A stretch of 64,000 nucleotides of DNA from Cyanophora paradoxa CCMP329 (Eukaryota; Plantae; Glaucophyta). Below the pieces are notes generated by a model, which saw only the letters and a program-made list of their open reading frames with translations, had not been told where the DNA came from and did not search any database. The stretch is from positions 62,001 through 126,000 of the forward strand of contig QPMI01000612.1 of the NCBI GenBank assembly GCA_004431415.1, given 5' to 3'. The translations under genes and the position numbers were made by a program. Of this stretch, positions 53,980 to 64,000 are shown piece by piece (position 1 is the stretch's first letter; each line of letters starts with the position of its first letter).

Positions 53980-54360
53980 GGCCACCGGTACCGTCGGGAA
54001 AGGAGGGTCTGGCGGCGCGTTCTTGAGGGCTTCCAGCCGCCAGACGATCGTCTTCGCTTTCGCCGCGCCACTCAGGGACCTGTGGCGCGGAGAGGCGTGG
54101 AGCGCTAAAGGAGCGCTCGCCGCGCGCAGCAAAAGCCAAGCTAGGCGACCAGTGATTAGCCGCGGCGCTGGAATTGGCAAGTGAGCATTGCCGTGCGCTT
54201 GGAGCACTCGCGCGGGATGACTCGCACCTTCGTCGCCTCCTTCGAGGAGGGCCCCGAGGCGAAGCCGTGTATGCGTAACCAGTCGCCAGGCCTGCGTCGC
54301 GTACTCGAGCGTAAGCAGGTTGGCAGCCGCAGAGCTGGACCGTCGGACGGCGGAGCAGAT
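53980..54360 (-). pseudogene. Degenerate unprocessed duplicate of the 5' part of the esterase gene at 31261
   Basis: Reverse complement GCAGGCCTGGCGACTGGTTACGCATACACGGCTTCGCCTCGGGGCCCTCCTC matches 31255-31310 (ATG changed to CTG, 4-nt deletion). The intron-1 flanks also match. Confidence 0.75.
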
Positions 54361-54711
54361 GTCGGCGCCAGCTGCAGGTAGACGGCGCGGGCTCAAGCAC
54401 GGAGAAGGGCTCAAGCCAAAACGGTCCAAAGGACGCAGGCCTGCGTATAGAGAGCACATGCAGCGCTAGCAAGTGCGGTGCCTGCACTCCCGCGACTGGC
54501 GGCCACTGCGGCCGCAGCCGCGCGCAACCGCGCTGCTGTTCGGTGTTCTGGTACGTGGAAAAAGAGGAAAAAACTAGTGTGACGCGGTCCCGTCAGGCCG
54601 GCTCAGCGGGGTAGCACCAGCAAACGCGCAGAATTCTCGGAATTAAGGCCGAAAAAAAGCGAGGCGGAGCACCCTCCGCCCGTCTTCGAGGGTCCCCATT
54701 CTCTAGCAAAC

Positions 54712-55482
<771 letters not shown>

Positions 55483-56304
55483 TGAGCTTTGAAAATCCCC
55501 TCGTCTGTCCTTGATTGGAAGAGTGGAGTGAAGAACCCGTGAGGCCTGTGGCCCTAGTACTCCCGGATCCAGAGAGTGTGGTAGCTGAACCGTAGTTCAC
55601 TCTGGCTCTAAACCATGGAACGCTGTCAGCCTTCAGCAAGGTGTGGGGCACAGGGACTCCTAGGCGAGCTGCAGGTGCCTGGCACTGCCTGCACGCAGGG
55701 TGCCGCATCGCGTCGACGTCTTGAGCCGGCGGGAAAAAAAACTTGCTCGGATAGGTCCGGCCAGCTGCAGGCAGGGAGGGGGTTGCCCCCCTCCCCACGC
55801 GCCACTGTTTGCAGCGGCTCGGCCGGACCATATCTTGAGCCGGCGGGGGCCGTCTCGGGGCGGTGGCGGAACTCCCTACTTATACGGGCCCTGGGGACCC
55901 GACATGGGGTCTGCCTGCGCATGCGCATGCGCTGAGGACGTGGAGGGTCAGATCGAAATCGAAAAACGCCCGAGACCAGGGCGTCTGCGCCTTTGTCAGA
56001 CGTATATACCCAGGCTTGCTGGCGTGGATGTGTCCACTGCTTTCTCTCTCAATCCGAGTCCCAAATCAAATTAAAGCAACCGCGCGCACTCGACCGATGG
56101 GCTTCCCACCTAGAGGAGCACCTGCACGGGTGGGCAAGCAAAGGCTTTGAAAGCATTTGAGCTTTTACTGCCCATTAGAGCCAATTTAGAGGCCTCCTAG
56201 GAAAACGGGCCGAACCAACTTGGTCGAGAACGGGGTAGGACACCGTAGGAGGTCTGTTCATTTATGCAAATTTCGCATTTTAAAGTTTGCCGCATGACAG
56301 GACA

Positions 56305-56470
56305 GGACTCAGATGAGAAAGGAATCTAGGGGTTTCAACCAGAGGCCTAATAACAGAGTAATAACAGACCTGGATCCATGCGGGCCTTGCCCGGACTCCG
56401 GGACTCCGGGAGGCTCGCCCGTTCCCGCCAGCTGCAGGGCCCTAATTAGTAAGGGAAAGGAAAGCTGCTG
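56305..56470 (-). mobile_element. Degenerate family A fragment
   Basis: TGCGGGCCTTGCCCGGA...GGAGGCTCGCCCGTTCCCGCCA matches 2460-2495. Confidence 0.65.
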
Positions 56471-56710
56471 CGAGTGCTGCGAGTGCTGCGCATGCGAGTG
56501 CTGCGCATGCGCCACGATGTGCACATGCGTACCCACTGAATTTGATTCCCCTCGAGCTCAGATTCCGATTCAACAATGTTCGTGGCAGCCCCGGTCGTTC
56601 TCGCGAGAGACCACGCCTCCTCCGGGGTCTCTGCTTCAGCCAGGTGCTCGCTTCGCCGACCCGCAGGCGCTTACAAGGTCCGCCGCTCTTCTTCTAGTAC
56701 TCCGACACGC

Positions 56711-57109
56711 TGCTCCCCCCCGCCTAGTCCCGACACGGCCTAGCCACTTGACCAGAGCTCGCCTCCTGGCCCCCGCCCCCAAAGCGAGGGGGCCAGCAGC
56801 CGCCTAGCCCCGCCCGATCGTAATCGTAATCGTAATCAGGCCAGGGCTCCGGGATCCCCCCGCCTATAGCCCATCGCAATCGTAATCGTACTGATCGCAC
56901 AGACCTCTCGCAGGAGCATCTTCATCCGCTACGGCACGGGCGTGGACGCGAAGCGCCTGCTCGGCTCGTAGCTAGCCTCGGCTCCCATCCCCTTTTCTCC
57001 ATCAGGGCACCAGTCCCTGCGGGTTACGCTCTATCCCTAACAGCACGGGTATAGTTAAAGCGTTGACGGTCTAGGAGTGGTCCCGCGCGCCCGTAGCTTA
57101 GAAAGAGCA
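56711..57109. repeat. About 400-bp dispersed repeat (family B), copy 1
   Basis: Highly similar to 59746-60138. Termini TGCTC...GAGCA. Confidence 0.92.
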
Positions 57110-57111
57110 CA

Positions 57112-58912
57112 CTACATTTGGCTCAGATCAGAAAGGAAATCCTGATACTCCTTATCCAGGTCGGGGGCCGGTGTCTGTGCTGCTGGGGCGCTTTTCTTTG
57201 TGAGTTGTGCGAGAAGACTGACCGGCGCCTGAACTCTCCGCGTAGCAGGTGCAGCGCTGATGACGGCTCTTGACGGCTGTCGGATACAAATCAATTAACA
57301 TTATCATAGCAGGCTAGATGGCAGATGTTATGAATTTTGCACCTTCTCGACTGGAGGTGCAGTCTGCACACTGTCCTCTGCACCTGCTGTGCCAGAGACA
57401 TTCGAAGGCCCAGCTGCAGCTAAGCTCGTGGGAGGAGCTGAAGATAATGAAGATGAAGCTGCTTGCGTCGCTGGTCGAGAAGGAAGAGCTGTGATCGGGC
57501 GAGAGGGTTTGGGGGCAGATGCTCGCTGAACTCGTACAGATGCTGGCACGAGGGCACAGAGTGCTGGGTTTACTTCAGCAGCAAGTCTGTTCCCCTTGTC
57601 GGCATCAGTCTCCCCTTCGCTTCCAGAATCGCTGTCTGACACTGCTGCTGCCTCCAAGCCGGGTGGAGGAGGGCCCGGTGGAAGTGGAGGCATGCCCTGA
57701 AGATGATGGAACATGGGCATCATCCCCCCTACTCCACCGAATCCAGGCGCAAAGTGACCAACTCCAGGAGGAACAGCAAAGTTCGGATGCACAGGTCCAA
57801 GTGGTGCAGGATGTGCCTTGCTTGATGCCAAGTTTTCCGGTCTCGCTGCTAGGGTTTCAACTAATTAAAAACTTAACTTGTTCTAAAATCACACCTTTTT
57901 TGGGTTTCGACTCCACGTTGTCCCCATTATCGTCTTGGTCACTGTCCTCTGCCGAGAAAACAGTTGCCGAACATCATTTGAGATGCAGAACTGTGTGAAG
58001 CTGTCCCAAATAAGACTGAACAACAATAATTACCTTCTGAATCGGACTCTCGGTCGTGTTCAGCTTCCCCATCAGCATCAACATCATCCTCTGGAGGATT
58101 ACCAGGCGGAAGTGGAAGTAGAGCAGGAATTCCGAATGGAAACAGAACTGCACAGAATGAGTGCCAGTGGCGCACTGTGGTGCAGACTGTACCTGGAAGC
58201 ATTGGATGGTCGTGAAGATTAATCGTCTGAGCGACTGTCTGCCCTGGTACAGTGCTTCCAGCGGCCTCTGACTTCGTCATTGCCATCAACCTCTCAACCT
58301 GCTGCTTGAGGTACTTTTCGAGATCCGCTCGAGTCTTGGGCAGCTGGCCCAGCTGCGGGCTGCACACGACAAGAAGGGTTCATTAACGTGAAGTTGTAAA
58401 TTACAATAGGGGCAGACCCTTGCCCCTCCTGCAACAGGCGGGGATTCCTCTTGTACTCTTCCTGCACGTTCATGAGGAAATGGGATTCACTTTTGGCAGA
58501 CATGCCCACCTCCCACATCTCTATACACTTCTCGTATGCATCAAGAAGCTGCTTGCGCTTGTGCTTGTGCTCTTTGATCGCCTGGTTGCCTGTAATCGAC
58601 CCCTGGGCCTCTGCGGAACGCTCAGCCGCCGCAAAAACGATGGTTGGAGCGCTCACCAAGCAGCTCCAATTTCTTCAAGTTCTCGATAATCTGCTCGGGC
58701 CGCTTCTGCTTGAGTATGTTCGTGCGCGTTTCCTTCCTCTGCTTCGCATTCTGCAAAGCGAATGCCCGTCAGATGGATGCGCAGCTGCACCTCGTCCAGC
58801 TGCTCCAGTGTACGCGGCCAGCGCGTATAAGTCAACACACCCGCTGCTTCTCCTTCTTGCGCTCAAGTTTGCGCTGCTGATCCGCGGGGTGGAGCTCTTT
58901 GTTCTTCCCCAT
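57112..58912 (-). CDS. WBP11: WW domain-binding protein 11 homolog (splicing factor)
   Basis: N-terminus HPADQQRKLERKKEKQR...LKQKRPEQIIENLKKLE, Pro-rich middle, LVPASVRVQR, C-terminal DKEYQDFLSDLSQM*. Confidence 0.8.
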
Positions 58913-59555
58913 TTTCAACCACCGATGCCTGCACGATACTCGCCCCGCGCTCACGCTCCACTGCCGCCGCGCCTTACACCAACGCCTCGCGCTGCTGCCG
59001 CCGCGCCGCTGCCGCCGCGCCTCTAAGGATCGCTTTCAGAGCGTATCAACGACGCCCGCGGCTTCGGAAAGCTTCAAGAGAAAGCGGACGAAAGGGGGGT
59101 AGGTCCACGAGCGGTCGGGGAGATCTCGAGTGTACCCCCAATAGCCAACGAGACTTTGAATGATATGCTGCGATATGCTGCGCGCATGCCAGTGAACGTG
59201 AGCATGAGCTTCCGACAATCAAAAGTTATGCGCATGCCGCCAGTGCGCAACGCCGTGACGGCACCCCCGTCCCCTGGGCCGGGTTCACAGCTGCGGCGGC
59301 CGCAGTGTACATCCCACACTTGTATCCCGGACTTGCGGTTTAAATTCGTTTCCAATTGCTGTCTCTACAGGCTGGGTCTCTACAGCATCGACCACAGCAT
59401 AAGCAGATCTCTAATTGAACCGGCTTGGGCGTGTCTTATACATACTCTTCTTCTTCTTCTTTTGACCTCAGCTAGACGTTAACGTTGCGATCGGAATCAG
59501 AGTTGCGATTACGATCGGAATCAGAGTTACTAAGTTAACGTTGCGATTACGACGT

Positions 59556-59696
59556 CCAACTTTCGTCCAACTTTCGTTCAACTTTCGTCCAACTTTCGTT
59601 CAACTTTCGTCCAACTTTCGTCCAACTTCGTCCAACTTTCGTCCAACTTCGTCCAACTTTTCGTCCAACTTTCGTCCAACTTTCGTTCAACTTTCG
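59556..59696. repeat. Minisatellite (CCAACTTTCGT)n, about 13 units
   Basis: Direct tandem array of 10-12-nt units. Confidence 0.95.
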
Positions 59697-59745
59697 CGGC
59701 GCCGCGCGGTGCGTGTTGTGTCTACACACGCCTATACACAATCGC

Positions 59746-60138
59746 TGCTCCCCCCCGCCTAGTCCCGACACGGCCTAGCCACTTGACCAGAGCTCGCCTC
59801 CTAGCCCCCGCCCCCAAAGCGAGGGGGCCAGCAGCCGCCTAGCCCCGCCCGATCGTAATCGCAATCGTAATCAGGCCAGGGCTCCCCCCGCCTATAGCCC
59901 ATCGCAATCGTAATCGTGCTGATCGCACAGACCTCTCGCAGGAGCATCTTCATCCGCTACGGCACCGGCGTGGACGCGAAGCGCCTGCTCGGCTCGTAGC
60001 TAGCCTCGGCTCCCATCCCCTTTTCTCCATCAGGGCACCAGTCCCTGCGGGTTACGCTCTCACCCCGAACAGCACGGGTAAAGTTAAAGCGTTGAAGGTC
60101 TAGGAGTGGTCCCGCGCGCCCGTAGCTTAGAAAGAGCA
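59746..60138. repeat. Family B repeat, copy 2
   Basis: Direct repeat of 56711-57109. Confidence 0.92.
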
Positions 60139-60174
60139 TCAACCATCAGACTGTTTCTCTTCGCGCGGCAGGCA

Positions 60175-62405
60175 TTACATGCCTCCGTGGACACTATTCT
60201 TAAACATTCCATAGCTGTCGTCCACGGCTGCACAGAAGAGGCGGTAGTCGACCATCTCAGGGAAGTCGAATGACTTGAACTTCCGCTCTAACAGGTCGAA
60301 CTCCTCTAAACTGAGCTCGAAGCCGTAGTTGCCCAACACTCGACGGAACTGCAGCTTCGGGTCAGGTCTGAAATAATCGAATTACAGACAGCACACACCT
60401 GGCTCCGGGTAACCCTTCCACGATAGCTGGAATGGGCACCAGTGTGACGAGACTTCAGACTGGATGTGGACATGTAATTCGCATCGAAATCCTGGAAGAA
60501 GGGTTTGCACAGCATATGCCGAACTGCAGTGCTGTCAGTGCGTGTTATATGCAATGGATTAATGACCTCACCTTTCACCCGTTCTGCCATGCGTTCCAAC
60601 AACGCGTGCGTTCGTTCTTCATCGTCGGGCGAAAGGGATGCTGTAAAGTCAATGGGTTCGTAGTCACGAGGCACGTGTGATGGTGTCTTCTCGAGCTCAA
60701 GCAGGCCAGTGGCCTCTGCGTGAAGTGATGAGCAGAAGGCAAAGATGGGCAGGGCTTCACATCAACTGATGCTCACCGAAGGGCTGTTCAATAGCCTGGA
60801 GGAAGGAGGCGTAGTCAACCATATCACGAGCAGCGCCCTCCTCTGGATTGGCAGAAGCAGCGAATGCTTCACAGAGGAGATCAAGCTCTGCTGGGCTCAA
60901 CTGCGCCTTCACGGCGTGACTGATGCCAGTCCTGAATTTGGCTGCGGGGATCATCCGCTTCCGAAGAACCGGGCCGTACAAGGCGCCCTTGTCGTAGTCA
61001 ACAAAGAAGTCTGAACTTTTTGATCAGCATTCTGCGTGACATGAGACTCTTACAGAACACACACACCTTTGAAACGAACTCGGTCTCGGGTCGCCAGATT
61101 CCGAAGCTTGACAAGAAGCAGCTCAAGATCGGCTCTCTGAACAGTCAGTGTCAGAATTCAAGCCAGAGAAAACAGAGCCGATACAGCGATGACACAGACA
61201 AATACATACCTGCCGCTCGGAGACGAAGGTGGCAAACGGCGGCGGATTGGGGTTCCTCGTGTCTGGTCGGGGGGGTTGGGGTGGGTGGGTGGGTGGGTGG
61301 GTGGGTGGGGGCAAACCATTCCAATCGCCCAGGAACTCTGTGTTGAAAACGCGCTTATCCGTAGGCTGCCATGGCGTAGTCCCAAGAGCGCCCTCCAGGA
61401 TTCCGCGAGGCACAATATCGTACACGAATGCCACGTAGTTGACGTCGCCATCAGCAGCGTCGGCGTAGTAATTAATGATTGCTTTCATTTCGGCCTCCGA
61501 GCACTCAAAAGACAGCTTGGTGAGGACCCGGCGGAACTGCTGCTGGGTGATCCTCCCAATGTGATGCTTGTCGAAGTCCATGAAAGACGGCTTCAAGATA
61601 ACCCGGCGCTCAGACGCGCGCTCGCGGAAACGATCGAGAACCTGGTTTTCGATTATGATTAGAGTGCATGGATCTCGTATTACGATCAGGATGGCATCAG
61701 GATAGTACCTGCCCCAGCACATGGAATTCCGCCTCATCGTTCTTGGGGTGCAGCTTAGTGGTAAGCGGGACGCTGAAAGGAAGCAGGCTGCCCGTTGGCG
61801 GGCGGTTCGGGCCTGCGGGGGTGACTGTCGGGGTCTTCTCCAGGCCCTTCGTGGTGAAGACCTGGAAGGGCTTTAGCAGAGAATGCGGGCATTGCTATCA
61901 GACGCTCTAACCTGATCTAGGTAATCTGAGAAGTCACGCCATCGGACCTGCATCGACACGCAGTCAACACACGCACTCGAGCAAGGCCGGTGCAGGTTGA
62001 GCCGCGCTCACATGATTCGGAAAGGTCAACGATGGTGGAAACGCAAACGCGTCGACGAGCATCTCGAAGTCGCTGTCCTTGAGCTTGAAGCCGACAGCGT
62101 TGAGGGCGCTTCTGAAATGATCTTTGCTGATGTGCCCCGTCCTGAGCTTGTCGTAGTCCTGCATGAACTCGTGCACCCGGACTCGGTGTACGAAAATCTT
62201 CCGCCTAAGCGATTCCAGAAGGGCGGGCAGCTGTGGGGCAGGCAAAGCCGGCGTCAGACCCGCCGGCGTCAGACCCCCGGCTTCGGGGCAGGCCAAGCCG
62301 GCGTAGCTGCGGGGCAGCTGCGGGGCAGGCCAAGCCAGAGCACATGCGGCTCACCTCTGTTGGCCCGCCCTTCACATAGTATTCGCTAGTGCCTTTCATT
62401 GTCAT
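60175..62405 (-). CDS. Multi-EF-hand repeat protein, FAP115/CFAP115-like ciliary protein
   Basis: Four repeats such as RVRVHEFMQDYDKLRTGHISKDHFRSAL and RRVILKPSFMDFDKHHIGRITQQQFRRVL, each followed by a VNY/VDY/VRW EF-hand. The family assignment is from memory. Confidence 0.7.
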
Positions 62406-62745
62406 TGCGGCGATGCCGGCGCGCTTGACAAGGTGGCCGTGTCAAGCTGGGGGCTAGGCGTGCTGGTTGCGTCAGGCTGCAAAGCTGGGATTGCTCGCCG
62501 TGGAAGTCTATGTTTGGTAGTGCAATTAAAGTGTACCCGAATCCGATTCCTTGGGTACACGAAATCTTTTGAAAGTTGAAAGCAGCGGCAGCAGCAGCTT
62601 CTGCACGCTGGCTTAGAGTAGCTACCAACTTCAGCGCTTTCCGTTAGTGGAAGCTCGAGCGCTTGCGCCACTCGACGGCGCTGAGCCGCGCGCCCGACGA
62701 ACGTCGACGGGCATCTGCGCGGCCAATCTCCAGTGACGCTCCGCG

Positions 62746-64000
62746 ATGGACGTCGTGCGAATTCGCAGGCACGTTGAGAGCTGCGCTCGAAGGCGCTTGT
62801 ACGCGTCGGCAATCTTCTACGCGGAGAAGCTCGCCACAGTCACAGGCGCGCGACGGCACCCCGAGCGCGCATTTGAGGCGGGTCTGTGCTGAAGCTTTTA
62901 GATCGTGCAGGCTCTGCCGATGATGTCTTCCTGCTGGCGGAGATGTACTTCGCGGCGAGGCAGTACCGCAGGGCGATCGGGCTCCTGAAGAAACACGGGC
63001 TGATTCAACGATCACGTCGATGTCGGCTACTTGCTGCCCAGTCTTTGGCACGTTATTGTTTATCTTTTTCTCTCGCCTTCGACGCTAACGCCTGTGCAGG
63101 CCGAACTGAGGCAGTGGGATGAGTGCCTTCTTGTGTTGGGTGACGACGAGTCGAGTGATGCGCCTAGGAAGGACAACATCGATGACGAGGTGCCGTACTT
63201 CTCCACGAGTACACGACGGGGCCTGACTCCCGCGTTCATGTACCGCCACAGAGTGATCAGATGGCGGTTGTTTACTTTCTGCGGGGGAAAGTGTACTCGG
63301 CAATGGAAAACAGCAGCAGAGCTATTCTTTGGCTGGAGAAGGCTCTAAAAGCAGATCCATACTGTGTAGAGGTCTGTCTGCCCTTTCGCTCTCCTGGCTT
63401 CCTCTAATCAAATCCTTTCAGGCTCTGGATCTGCTTGTGTACAACCATATGCTCTCTGTACAAGAAGGTCTGAGCTCACTCCCCTAGAGTATGCTAAAAC
63501 ACTTAGTGGATCATAAACCTTGGCCCATCCTGAGGCAAAACTGGAGCCCGAAATCAGTGGACCAAACCCTTTTCTGGCTTGTATGGGGACGTAATTTTGG
63601 GGGGTCTGTATTGGGCAGCTAAGCAGGGAATAGTGGAGCCTCAAATGGGTGGTCTATGTCAAGATTTCGGTCCACTATTCTCGGACTCCACTAATTATCA
63701 GCGTCCAGTATTTTCCTGTTCTACGGTTGACTGTCGAATGCAGAGGTCGCCTTGTTGAACGATCTGCAATTTCATGAAGACGATTGGTGGCTTCGGTCTC
63801 TGTATGCTGGTAAACTGAAAAAGGTGTCTTCTGTCACCACAGTCGACGTGCAGACAGAATAATCCTTACCATGTGACGCAGTACGAGCCAGCACTGAAGG
63901 CGTTTGATGAAGGGACCTTGATGGTTGATCAAGTAATGCCAGAGTTCAGTGGCAGTCTTGATGTCATGCTAAATCAAGCTGATCTTCATTACTCTCGAAA
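62746..64000 (+). CDS. APC6: Anaphase-promoting complex subunit 6 (CDC16), runs off window
   Basis: YASAIFYAEKL, DVFLLAEMYF..QYRRA, CRLLAAQSL..WDECL, FLRGKVY..MEN..RA..W..ALKADPYCVEALDLLV.NHML. Confidence 0.9.

Noticed and set aside
53746-54487. 235-237 aa ORFs upstream of H4
   Set aside because: Out-of-frame read-through of the esterase pseudogene.
54580-54590. TGACGCGGTCC resembling the plant histone octamer element
   Set aside because: Several mismatches to TCACGCGGATC, and CTGACGCGG-like strings are common here as branch-point sequence.
59556-59696. Possible telomeric repeat
   Set aside because: Internal, heterogeneous 10-12-nt units with no G-run telomere motif.
56711-60138. LTR retrotransposon that captured WBP11
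   Set aside because: No TSD, PBS, PPT or gag/pol, and the interior is an intron-containing housekeeping gene.

Overview
This is eukaryotic nuclear DNA from a very GC-rich, probably flagellated alga or protist. The short introns, CTGAC branch point, GYGCG donors and one aromatic-containing plastid-type presequence would fit a glaucophyte such as Cyanophora, but that is inference only. Because genes are split by many ~50-110 nt introns, most ORFs in the supplied track are artefacts. Conserved genes, mostly in tight head-to-head pairs: CCT1; golgin-like coiled-coil protein / PRMT5; thioredoxin-domain protein / FANCM; a Cys-repeat protein; kinesin-13 / YqiA-like esterase; USP7 / NOP58; an ACC-synthase-like aminotransferase; an intron-containing histone H4; WBP11; an EF-hand (FAP115-like) protein / APC6. 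Repeat-rich spacers lie between the pairs. Highlights: (1) non-coding DNA is saturated with short overlapping palindromes, and the indels separating copies of three independent duplicated sequences repeatedly create palindromes, pointing to an active inverted micro-duplication mutational process; (2) a poly(A)-tailed, Ulp1/SUMO-protease-encoding retroelement is flanked by an 884-bp exact duplication and sits in a gene with tandem Ada-like Zn domains; (3) two E2-like paralogs have Asp in place of the catalytic Cys and share an identical 78-nt active-site tract; (4) GC-AG introns are frequent, some without the usual exonic AG; (5) dispersed elements sit at gene 3' ends.
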